Position numbers and translations under genes: made by a program. From positions 1-64,000 of the IMG/VR virus record IMGVR_UViG_3300022226_000002: 64,000 nt of DNA, one strand, 5' to 3'. Numbering within the stretch: the stretch's first letter is position 1; the number at the start of each line of letters is the position of its first letter. This document shows, one piece after another, positions 44,958-55,700 of the stretch. The notes below the pieces were generated by a model that searched no databases, was not told the DNA's origin, and saw only the letters and a list, made by a program, of their open reading frames with translations. This stretch comes from a virus.

Positions 44958-45750
44958 TTCTAGCTCCTCATCTCCACGGTGTTAAGTTTTCCGCAATTCG
45001 GGCACCCTTCCCACTCAGCTCGACGTGCCACGTAACTGCTCATGTGGATGCCGCAGTAGGTGCAGATGAAAGGCTTCAATTTGGGATCATGCTCGGTCAC
45101 CATGCCAATTGCCTCCAGGATAGAAGCTGATATTCACAGCGAGCCCGATTCGCGGGTCGCCTTCCTCTTCGGTCCACTGGCCATCATCCCGCAACCAGAC
45201 GTCTGTTCCGTCTCGGACTCCGTGGATGAACGGCTTCTTGTGGTAGCCGAGTTGGTAGCAGAACGTGATTTTCGTGACGGGACTGGTATCTTCATTGTCC
45301 ATTGAATGTCGCACCATTTCTTCGATTGTCTGCCGAGATGGCTTCCAACGTGGCAGCTCGTCGGCAACGCCATCGGAATCGAGATTGAAGAGCGCTACTG
45401 CGAGATAGCCGCGAACCGTTTACGTCAGAAGGTGCTGTTTTGAGACTCACTTCCGATGCCATAACCCATCGGGGGCGGCCTCTCCTAGCTCACGAGCCTT
45501 CCTAAGAATCGATTCGTCGGGCTTGTGCAGCTCAACCGTCAGCTTCCCGTTCTTGAAATGGGGCTTCATGGTCCTTCCTTTCTCGTATTCGTTTCCAAGT
45601 GCCAAGGTTATCAACGTGCCCGCCCGTGGAGTCTTCCAGGAAAGGGCCCGTAGGAGAGCCGGTCGTCGGGCTGATCGGGTCGCGGCCGCATTCGTGGTCG
45701 TGGCCCTCGCCTGTTTCGCTTCCGCAGATGGAGCAGTAGTTCATCGGGAC

Positions 45751-46305
45751 TCACTCCTCAAAAGGAACATCTTCGTCAGGACCGTCCTTCAGCAGCTTCC
45801 AGCACGCATCTAACCACTCGCGGCACCAAGAACCGCGATCGGAATAGTCCACTTCCTCGCCAATGACGTGCTTGCACCACCCGCTGAAATGCTGTAATCG
45901 CTGCGGCCTGTCGAGTCCCGCCAGTTCCGCATTGTTAACCTTGGCGTACTTCAGCTTGAGCGAGTTTAGCTGGGCCGTGGTTACCACATCGTCCATCTCC
46001 TCGGCACAGGCGATGTCACCGGAAGCAAGGTAGCCCGCGAACGCCAAGGCACGCCCGACGGCGATGGTTTCCTGCTTCTCAAACTGTTTTTGCCGACCAC
46101 TGACCTTATCCATGGAATGGCCGGTAAAAGTCCCCTTTTTCGTGGTGACCCTCGCCGAAAAGATCACATGTCCCTCCTTAAATTCGCATGAGGTCTCGAT
46201 CTGGCACTGATCGTTGTCCTCGTGAAACGCCGCCGACCTGGCTGCTACCTTGGCGTATTGCACGCCCTTGCCAATCTCGATCGTTTCTACTTTGCGGTCA
46301 CTCAT
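45751..46305 (-). CDS. Putative single-strand annealing protein (Rad52/Sak-like)
   Basis: YAKVAAR...EKQETIAVGRALAFAG; acidic DEDVPF tail. Confidence 0.7.
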   Translation of the reverse strand: MSDRKVETIEIGKGVQYAKVAARSAAFHEDNDQCQIETSCEFKEGHVIFSARVTTKKGTFTGHSMDKVSGRQKQFEKQETIAVGRALAFAGYLASGDIACAEEMDDVVTTAQLNSLKLKYAKVNNAELAGLDRPQRLQHFSGWCKHVIGEEVDYSDRGSWCREWLDACWKLLKDGPDEDVPFEE

Positions 46306-46431
46306 GGCGGGTTTCTCCTCCGCGCATAAGAGCCCCCACGCCTGGGAGAAACCGCAGCAGCGCGAGCGAGCGCAAGAGCGACCAGGCGGGGGACTCGAGA
46401 GTTCAAAGTAGCAGCGGTTTCTCTGGCGGTA

Positions 46432-46468
46432 TTATTACCGCGCCTAACTAGGAATGTCAACACATTCC
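46432..46468 (-). promoter_or_regulatory. Sigma70-type promoter with palindrome over the -35 box
   Basis: TTGACA-N17-TAATAA; GGAATGT-N4-ACATTCC palindrome. Confidence 0.7.
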
Positions 46469-46505
46469 GGCAACTTTTTTCGCTAGTGAGGTGCGAAGGC
46501 TGTGG

Positions 46506-46796
46506 TCATCGCTTCTTAACCTCTGCTTCCAGCTGCTTTGTCAATTCCATGTTCTCTGTCAGCGACACCTCCAGCTTCTCCTGCGAGGTGGCCAGGTTGC
46601 GTATCGACGCATCGAGTTTGTCTTGCGTGCGGGTCAATCGGCTGTTCACTTCTTCGTGAACCTCCTCTAGTGTCGCACGCAGACTGAGGACGTGTCCCCG
46701 CATGTGAATTAGTACCAGGATGATGCAGACGTTGAACGTAACACTGATCAGCAGCATACCGCCCACTGAGATCATTTCGGTAGTAAACTCATTCAT
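46506..46796 (-). CDS. TM plus coiled-coil protein (lysis cassette)
   Basis: N-terminal TM, heptad tail. Confidence 0.6.
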   Translation of the reverse strand: MNEFTTEMISVGGMLLISVTFNVCIILVLIHMRGHVLSLRATLEEVHEEVNSRLTRTQDKLDASIRNLATSQEKLEVSLTENMELTKQLEAEVKKR

Positions 46797-47170
46797 GGGT
46801 CTTGCAACTGCCGCTTCAAATACTCGAATTCCGCCAGAATTCGGGCATTCTGTTCAATGATCTTCTTCTGGTCAGCCTCCAAACTCAAAATCCTATTCCG
46901 CCAGTCAGCGGGTGGTAATGTGTTGAACCGTGACTCTATATCACCAATCCGATTACCTAGTCGCGCCTCCATGGCATCGCCCTGCTGCCGAGTAAATCGC
47001 GGGCCATACTCACGGAAGTATTTACTAGACATAATCTCGGTGGTCGCCCAGGTTCCCCAGCTCAAAACAGCCGTCATGAACACAGGGAACATCACAAGCG
47101 TCACTTTCAGTAAGTGCGCCCACCACCCATTTAGTTGGCCAATAGTTGGCACACTTTTTGTTGTCGTCAT
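46793..47170 (-). CDS. TM plus coiled-coil protein (lysis cassette)
   Basis: One TM; GPRFT motif; coiled coil. Confidence 0.6.
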   Translation of the reverse strand: MTTTKSVPTIGQLNGWWAHLLKVTLVMFPVFMTAVLSWGTWATTEIMSSKYFREYGPRFTRQQGDAMEARLGNRIGDIESRFNTLPPADWRNRILSLEADQKKIIEQNARILAEFEYLKRQLQDP

Positions 47171-47320
47171 TTCTCGCGCACCCCCCCCCAATTTTTTGAA
47201 TCCGGTTTTGCCCCGGATTCTCGACCAGACAGAGAGTGCATGTTTTGTTCGGCCGGTTTAGGTGGCAGCCTACCGGCCTTTTTTGCTCCGATATCAGCCC
47301 GCCGGGCTGTACTCTCAGCC

Positions 47321-47692
47321 TCAGCAGCCGCCCCGCACGATTAATCTGCGAATTGGCCCGCGACGCATGAATGGCTGCCGGTTGCTGCCTGTCACCCAGA
47401 CCCGCCGCACTCGCCGCCCGCGCCACCCATATCGCCTAGTTTCCCAGTGGCCGGATGATTTGACCACCGGAGCGGCCACCTGGACCGCCACAGGGGGCTC
47501 CTCGGGCACGTAGGCGGGCTGTTCGGGTGCAGGCTCTGGTACAGCGACTGCCGGCTGATCGGCCGTTAGCAGCTGCCTGGGGGCCTCTGCCTGTACTGTG
47601 GCCGGTGCTGGGCTGGGAGCGGGTGCGGGTGCAACCATACCGTAGAGCATCAGGCTGCCGGCCAGGGCTGCCGCAATTCGCAAGGATTTCAT
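47321..47692 (-). CDS. Secreted Pro/Ala-rich protein with Arg-rich tail
   Basis: Signal peptide; RRGPIRRL C-terminus. Confidence 0.65.
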   Translation of the reverse strand: MKSLRIAAALAGSLMLYGMVAPAPAPSPAPATVQAEAPRQLLTADQPAVAVPEPAPEQPAYVPEEPPVAVQVAAPVVKSSGHWETRRYGWRGRRVRRVWVTGSNRQPFMRRGPIRRLIVRGGC

Positions 47693-48579
47693 GGGCTGTC
47701 ATCTCCAGCTGGGCGGTCCCAGTCATCGGGGGTAGTGGTGCTCCAGACGCAGTAACTCCCACCCACTGCTGAGCGGATCATCCTAAGTGAGTCATAACGG
47801 ATCACGTCATACGAGTCGGAGTAGGCGGCATACAGCTGGTTGTCGCGCCAGACGACGGAGCAGTAGGGAATCGAATGGCCCGACCGGCCGACACCAACTG
47901 CCCGACCAGCCAGCAGGCAGCAGACCACCTGCTCGTATGATCTCGGGTTGATTATTTCGAGCGGCCGTAGGTGCATAGCCGTTTCTTGCCAGCCGTCGGG
48001 AAACCGGGAGACGGGCACCCAAGGGCCATTGCTGTTATTCGCTCCACCCTTGCCGGCTGTCCCGTGTAGCGTGTGCTTGAACAGCTTCTCCTGTCCCCAG
48101 ATCGGTTCTGGTATGAACCCCCGACGCAAGGCGATCCCCAGCACCTGCTGACATCCCGCGCCGCCCCACTGCCTGGGATTGGCCTCGGCGTAGATGCTGA
48201 TCTGCGAGACGCAGACTGGATGCCCGCTCTTGCCTTGCGATTCCCAACTGCTTGAGCTTTCCGCTTGAGCATTCCAGGTCGTCTCAAAGCATTGGACCAA
48301 TGCGTGAGACGTACACTCATGACTCGGACTTTGGTTAGTCCAGCGATTACGCCGGTCCATCGCCCATGTCTTGTACTTGTCGTTCTCCCTCGCTACGTCC
48401 TTCCACTCGCTCGGCTCCACCCATAGAGAATCGGGGAAGTCTCGCGCCCCCATCATCTCCAGATTCTCGGGCGTGTCTCGCGCGGCTAGATTGTCCGGGT
48501 ATCCCGATGGCTTCGGGAGAACATAATCGACAAGTTCATCCGGGAAGCTGACCTGCGTGCTGTCATGTGACTTGGCCAT
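47689..48579 (-). CDS. Papain-like (C1) cysteine peptidase
   Basis: NQSPSHECTSHA (Q/C), GHSI (H), YSDSY in place of NSW. Confidence 0.7.
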   Translation of the reverse strand: MAKSHDSTQVSFPDELVDYVLPKPSGYPDNLAARDTPENLEMMGARDFPDSLWVEPSEWKDVARENDKYKTWAMDRRNRWTNQSPSHECTSHALVQCFETTWNAQAESSSSWESQGKSGHPVCVSQISIYAEANPRQWGGAGCQQVLGIALRRGFIPEPIWGQEKLFKHTLHGTAGKGGANNSNGPWVPVSRFPDGWQETAMHLRPLEIINPRSYEQVVCCLLAGRAVGVGRSGHSIPYCSVVWRDNQLYAAYSDSYDVIRYDSLRMIRSAVGGSYCVWSTTTPDDWDRPAGDDSP

Positions 48580-48950
48580 TACAGCGCCCCCATCACATCG
48601 TCTTCGGTTTGGGGGTCATTCACGATACGCACCACCTGTTCGCCGGCTTGCACAACGAGACACGGAAGGCCGGCTTCCCTGCCAACCCTCAATGCCACTT
48701 TGTATTGGTCGGGTATCTGTCCATCACCGTCCCGCTGGTCCTGCTCGAACGAACTGGCCTGAATGCCGGTGTCACCTGCATTGATCTGTTGGAGCGCAAA
48801 CGATACCGGGCGTGGCACAGAGCCCTGATCCTTTTCATAGACGTACGTCACCTGGTCGATGGCCGATGGTACGAGTGTCGAACCACCGCTGCGGGACAGC
48901 AGGATCAGCACCAGCACCAGAACGCCGATCAGTCGTACGCGGGTAGTCAT
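48579..48950 (-). CDS. Membrane-anchored thioredoxin-like-fold protein
   Basis: N-terminal TM; YVYEK...GLPCLVV. Confidence 0.55.
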   Translation of the reverse strand: MTTRVRLIGVLVLVLILLSRSGGSTLVPSAIDQVTYVYEKDQGSVPRPVSFALQQINAGDTGIQASSFEQDQRDGDGQIPDQYKVALRVGREAGLPCLVVQAGEQVVRIVNDPQTEDDVMGAL

Positions 48951-49279
48951 TCGGAAATCCTAGTAGCTACTGAATGCCCTTGCATCTGCTCATCGTGCAT
49001 TTCATTGATGGGCACGATCAACTCCAACAGTTTTGCGACCAACTCAGTTTTGCCGGATCTCGTCGCATGATTCATAATGCACAGCAACGCGGCCTGGCAA
49101 TCGTGCTCGTGCTCGGCAGGCGGCGGCGACGTTCCTCGCGGGATCAGCTTGGTCATCCATGTCAGCAGTGGTTTGGCCGGTGCGTTTTTCCCAAACAGCA
49201 GCAGGGCCGCGATCCCGATTAGCACGCCAATATTGATCGGGTTTTGGATCAGATTCGTCAGCCAAGAGAGATCTGGCAT
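48947..49279 (-). CDS. Membrane protein
   Basis: N-terminal TM; GGAG RBS. Confidence 0.6.
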   Translation of the reverse strand: MPDLSWLTNLIQNPINIGVLIGIAALLLFGKNAPAKPLLTWMTKLIPRGTSPPPAEHEHDCQAALLCIMNHATRSGKTELVAKLLELIVPINEMHDEQMQGHSVATRISE

Positions 49280-49394
49280 GTCAGCTCCTAGGGTAATTGT
49301 TGCTCCCAGGGCATCGAGAGTGCCCAGGCGATGATCAGCAGCAGGACCAGACCAACTACGGCGAAACAGCCGATCACGTGGTCGATGCGGAGCC

Positions 49395-49622
49395 TCACGG
49401 CCTGACTCCCGAATCCTGGGAGGATTTGTCGGCGTCGCGCGAGAACAGCAGCCCCAGTGCCGCGATCACAACGGGAACTACCACGTTCCAATCCGGGTTT
49501 GTCATCGGGTCACCGTCAATAACCTCCCGCACAGCGCCGAAAATTACCGTCACGGCGGCCAGAATCGACGCCACCGTGGTTTTCCGGTTGGCCAGAATGG
49601 CCGTAATTAGCCTGGTGAACAT
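49395..49622 (-). CDS. Holin-like protein
   Basis: NRKTT...DGDPMTNPDW...GLLFSRD; two TMs. Confidence 0.75.
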   Translation of the reverse strand: MFTRLITAILANRKTTVASILAAVTVIFGAVREVIDGDPMTNPDWNVVVPVVIAALGLLFSRDADKSSQDSGVRP

Positions 49623-49731
49623 ATTTCCCCCTTAAATAAAGACCACAGTAAATTCTACTGCGGCCGTGGGTGCAGGCACAACGTGTTTCTGCCCACTTCG
49701 CGCTGCCTGTCAATTCCGCAGTCGATCTGCC

Positions 49732-52700
49732 TCACTTCTTTTTGCGTTCGTCGTCCTTCTTTTTACGTTCGTCTCTCCACCGGTCTTCCTGCTCAACCTT
49801 CCACCTTCCAAATTCGGTGTTGTATGACCGCTTAAGCTTGCCGGTCTTCGGATCTTTGACTATCGGCCCCTGTATCTCAAGCCGTGCGGCATCCTTATCC
49901 AAGCCGTAGAGCTCGGCGAGTGCCTTAAATTTGTCCCAGTTCATATCAGGAGCACCACTGTAGTGGTTCCATAGATGCTGCTGGGCTTCAACATTGGACA
50001 GGCCGGTGGCTTTGAGTTCCCGGACGGACTTCGCGAGGTCTTCCTTCCCTTTCTCCGACTCGGGTTCCTTTACGGCGTTGAACACAATATCCTGCAGCCA
50101 GTCCTGCCTTAGTTGGTCAATAGCCTGTGCGTCTTTAAGAAGTCTCTGGGCCTCGTCCCGCATCCCCTCTCGAATCTGGCGGGCTTCATCCTTCTTGCCA
50201 TCTTTGTAGAGGTTGCGCGCCTTGGTGCCCATTTCTCGCAAGTGTTTCGCAGCGGCCTTGTATTTCATCGTGGCCTGAAATTCCTTCCGCACACGGTCAT
50301 ACCCTTTGCGCCCAGCCTTCTTTCTCAGTTCGCGGCGGGCTTTATCGAAAGCGTCCGACTGCTCGTTGATGTACTTCACAGAAGCGGCGAGATAGCCGAT
50401 GGATGGTCGCCAGAAGAGTCGGCCAATCTGTGGGTATTCAGACAAGTCCTTGGGTAGCTTGCCTTCATTCAGGACGGAAAGGGTCCTGACTGTCTCTTCC
50501 ACCTGAGTGCCAACGAGATTGCCGACGACGTACTCAGCCATGATCGGGCTGACTTCTAGCTTCTCGCCGAGCCGCTTGTAGAACTCGGGAGTGCTTTCGT
50601 AAGCCTGAGATGCCGGGTCATCCCGGTAGAACGTCTTGAGGCTCTCGGGGACGATCGCTCTTTGTAACCAGAAGGAATAGTTCGCCTTGGCTTCTATGGT
50701 GGTGAGTCCGATGGGAGTTGCGAGACTGGATAACACTGGCATATCGGCAGTTCGTCGCGCGGCCTGAGCAAGCAACTTCTTGTCGTCGATGTTTACCCCG
50801 CTCATTTGTTCCATCGTCTTGTTGAACGTGTATCCAACGACGGCGCCCTCGGGACCGTATGGAATCGGCATTCGCAGCATTGGCAGCCCTGGCACCTTGA
50901 CCGGCAGGTCCCGCAACTTGCTGTCCTCTGGTTGCTCCACGTACTGCTCTCGCTCCTCGTCGTCCATCAAGGCCCACGTCACTGTTGCGGCCAGGGCGGA
51001 CATCGCCCCCAAGTAAGCCATTGCCACAGCCTGATCTCCACGACTGCGCTTCTGCGTGGCACGTTCAGCTACCTGATATACCACCTGCATTCCTGGATTT
51101 AGAAACATCGCAAAGCGGTAGATTGAAGCAATCACATTGGACCCAGGCCGGGAAATGAAGTTGCCGCTGATCTCGTCATATACCCGTGTTGACCGAATGT
51201 CCGTGGCGCCCTTCCTCTTCGCCACAACCGCTGCCCCTTCTCGAGGAGTGGATTCCGCCCACTGACTGGCGTATCGAATCGGAAAATTCAGAGCCTGGAA
51301 TGGCTTGTACGCTGCCCATGCCGCCTGGCCCGGAGCGTACTGCAGCCGATCAAGCCAGTTCATGTGTTTCCAACCATCGACAAGGATTCCTTGAGACATG
51401 AAGTCGACGAACCGATTCACTCCCAAAATGTGCTGGTCACTGTGGGTGTGCTTGAACGAGTTAGATAGCAGTTCTGTGTCCACCTTGACGGACTTGTCGC
51501 CAGCATCGAACAGATTGGCAACTTGGTTCGCAGAGCCTGCCGCCCAGTACACACCGGGGATGTAGCGTTCCATTCCCCTTCCCAACACCACGTTTCCGAA
51601 CAGGTCGCGGAACATAGCTCGGGGAACGAATGAAACGCTATTGGTGATCGAGTCCTTGATTGCCTGACCTGGACCGCCGAAGAAGTTGCTCAGCCACTGC
51701 ACTACCTTCGATGGACTTTCCACTCTGGTGAAGAAGTCATACAGCAGTTCATCCTTAACCTGCTCGAACTTCACCTTTCCACCCTCAAACCGCGTGAGTA
51801 CATTGACAGCCCGCGGTGATTTGGACCTAATGATAGGCTTTCCTGGGAAATTCACATCGATGTCTTTGGGGTCGATGGGGTTGTCTTTGTACTCCTCTGT
51901 TTCATTGAGGTATTCGGCAATCACCTCCTGCATCTCACTTCGATTCAACGTCGCTACCCTGGCGGAATCCAATCGCAGGGGAACCATGACTCGCTGCGCC
52001 GCCCACTTTGCTTCTGCAGGAACATCCTCCATTGCCTGGATGTCGGCCTGCATATCCTTCACGGCGTTTCGCACGGCGTTGTGGTAGTACGCTCGGTAGG
52101 CAGCATGAACATGGGAAGAGATGGCGTTCTTGAGATCCTGAAACGGGAGCACCGAGCCATGTGCGCGACGAAGCTGAGATCGCAACTGTCCCGCAGATGA
52201 CCCCAGTCGCGACTCACCCCGTTCCACCTGACGCGGCAAAGGCACGTAGAATTCATGGGCCTCAACCATCGTCTGGTATTGGTCCGTCGTCACTTCGCCA
52301 CTGAGGACATTCAGAAGCATGATCTGACGAAGGAAGCTGGTTAGTCTCGACTGCTGTTCTTCAAACTCTGGGTTATTGGATTCCGTCTCCTGAAGAGCGC
52401 GACGCAGTTGCTCGGGTCTTTCTCCGGCTGAACGACCAGGGTATTCGTGACCGTGCTTCTCCCATCGCTCCAGAGCCGACTTGCTCTGAGCGTACTGCAG
52501 AAATTCCGGCCACTTCTGTCGGCCGACGGCTACCGCAATATCATTGATGGTGTAGTCCGTGAGTTGTATGCGGTTTCCCTCTTCCTGAGACTCGGGAATG
52601 ACGGCACCAGCCGCTTCCAACTGCTCTATCTGCGTGTCGCTGAACCACTGCCGAGGAGCCATGACGGTCGCTCCTCGTTGCTTCTGTCTACCGAAAATGG

Positions 52701-55700
52701 CGCCACTCGCGTCTCCTCCGATATGCCACAGATAGTGCGACCAGTCACGAACAGATTGCACCCGCTCGTCAACCTTCTTTCCAATCTCCTTACCCGCCGT
52801 TAACGCTGCGTTGACGATTGGGCTTTCAAGACGATATGAAACCGCCGCTTCCGCGCTCATCAGATTGTACATTGAGCGGTGAACAAGCTCCGTAACCGCA
52901 TTCTTAGCCCCTCGCTTTGGCCCTACGGCGTGAGACCTCTGGCGGGCCATTACCGGACGCTGCATGTGGGCCACCAGGCCCCTGTGGGCGTCCCTGAGAG
53001 CCGCTGCCACATCGGGGTGTTCCACGTTCAACATCTCGAACATCGACTGCTGGAGCGGGGCAGGCACGCTGGAGGGGGCTGTTACGGATAGTCTCACCAG
53101 TTCCGCAAACCCTTCCCATTCAGTTTCGGCCGAGGCAGCCGTTCCGTCCCTCTGTGTCAATGCAATCAACTCTCCGGCCTGCTCCACCATCCACTCGGAA
53201 AACCGTTCGTTCTGAGACAACACCTCTGCCAGCGCGTGGCCCTGTTCGTGGAAGTTCCAAGGACCAACATCCGACATGGAGCGAATCAAGTGCGGCGTCC
53301 GCTGATACTGGCCGGGGGTTCTCAGCTGCTCGCTTCCGATTCTCATCTCGGCTTGCAGGGCGTCGGTGAAATCCTTGACGATCTGTCGAAATCCGACCGT
53401 GGTTCCTTCCCGGTCATTTTTCAGGCGGTTAACCGTTCGCTTGCCTCGGGATGTCTCCGGAGCTTGAGAGACGTACTCTGCTGGAGTCAGAATGGCGCCA
53501 ACGTCACCTGGCGCTCCCGCAAGCTCTGTTTCCTTCGGCTTGTCTTCGGTGGCCTTTGCAGGTTCTTCCTCTTCGGGAAGTGGTTGAAGCCTGATTAGCT
53601 TCTCTGGGTTTGTACGAGCTGACTCGTAAGCCGCTCGCGGTGAGTCCCCTTGGCCGACCGCGAATCCACCTGGAGACACAATTTGCCATCTGTCTATCGG
53701 TTTAACTGGCAACCCTTCCAAAATCTTCGGGGTTTCGCCAGGGGCAACAAGCTCGTAGTCGACGTGAAGACGGTCTTGAATCTCTTCGGCTGTCCACTCT
53801 CGTCGGTCCTGCAGTTCCGGGAATAACGGAGTGCCGTCCTTGTCCGTTACCTCTTTGGCGGGCAAGGGAGCGAAGTTGTCACCGACCGCGTACAGAATCT
53901 GTTCGTCTCCGCGGTGGCCCGCTACCTCGTATTCATTGCCTTTGTGGAACACCGTGGTCCCCACCGGAGCCCCAGCTCGCAGCCAGGCTGGTGAAGCACC
54001 TGGGTTAGCTTCCATCTCATCCTGCAAGGCTTGGAGCTTCGCACGCTTGGAATCAAGCTGCAGCTGCTTCGGGAATGGTTGGCCAACGGCCCCATGTGCC
54101 ATGTCGATGAATCGCTGATCCTTCTCGACGGACATCCGCAGCTTGTCGATCCGAGCGGGGATGTTGGACAACACACCCTGTAGGCTTTCCTCGCTCCAGC
54201 GCACATTCAGATTGCTTTCGCCCACGTAGAGAATGCCGTTGTTGTTGAACAGCGGCAGGCCGCGATACTCGCCGATCTGGACCTTGGCACCGATCGTGTT
54301 CTGGTATCGCTCCTCCAGAGCCTTCAACTCGTCTCGAATCTTGTCCTTCCCGGTGATTACCTGGTCGCGGATGGTGATCGTCGGCTTGTCCGGCTTGTTC
54401 TCCCGCCAGGTGTCGTGTTCCTGCTGAAGCAGGTCGATGCGTTTTTGGGTCGTCTCGATGAAGCCCAGCTTCTGGTTCGCCCTGGAAACCGTCTCGGTAA
54501 TTGTGCGCGCGTGGCTATCACGGGCCCGCTCCAGCTTCTGTACCTGGCCCTCAAGACGGATTCGCATCTGCACGCGGGGATCGCCGGCCGCAGCTGCGAA
54601 CGACTGCTCCATATCGGTCCCGGAGCCATCGTCGGAGAGATCGATATCGTCCATCTCGATCGTTCGTTCGGTTCCGTCAGCACGCATGAAGCGATCGATG
54701 AAGCGAGACTTGGTGAGAAGCACCTGCCACCGCCGGCCGTCCTGCGGTCCTTCTGTCAGATAGCGGTACTCGTGGACCGTGTTCCACTTGTTCCCCTGCC
54801 GGTGACCTCGGCCGTTCCGCTGTTCCAGGTCGCCAGGCATCCAAGGCGCGTCGAGGTGGTGCATCGCGGCCATCTCATCCTGAGCGTTGACCCCGGTTCC
54901 CATGGTCTCAGTCGACCCGATAGCGAAACGAATCTTTCCGTCTCGCATGTCCTGGGCCGCCTGGGTGCGACGACTCTTGCTCATCGTGGAGAAGATTGCT
55001 ATCTCGTTTTCAGCTACACCCTCTTCAATTAGACGACGCTTGACCTCCTTGGCTAGGTTGAACACCCGGACTCGCTCAGTAATGGGCTCGCCGTCATGTG
55101 TTCTGCCGAGCGTGCGAGTCGTCCAGTCGTTGTGCCCCACCTGCATAAAGATCATCTGCGTAGCCTTCGGATGCTCGTGGTAGTGAGCCATGGCATTTTG
55201 CAGCATCCGGTTGATCTTCAAGGCCGGGTCTTTCGGGTCCAGCGTGTTGCTGGTCTCTGGTCCCCAGTCGGTAACTATCGCCCCCTCGTCATTGACTCGT
55301 GTTCCAAATCCCGTCAGCCTCGGGTCCATGGCCAGCTTCACGCCCTCACCCTCAATGACCAGAGGGTTGTACCTCCCTCCGGGCTCTCGCATCATACGGA
55401 CCTTATCTCGGCCCTGAGCGTTCTTGAAGGTCGTGTACCGCTCTTTAAGTTCCTCGCTGTGTGCCTGTTGGTGGGGAATCATCTCCAAGGTGGTATTGTG
55501 GATTTGCTTGAACGGTATCCCTACCGGGTTCTCGGTACGACCCTCACGGCGATCGCGGGGAGAGAATTCAGGCATGTCCTCGGCGAAGACGATGTCCATG
55601 TACTGGCCAACCATCTGTCGCAGTTCAGGAAGGTTGACGAACGACGAAAGGCGGTCGAAGTTCTCCCACGTCCCACCGGAAGACAGCTCGGTCAACGTCT

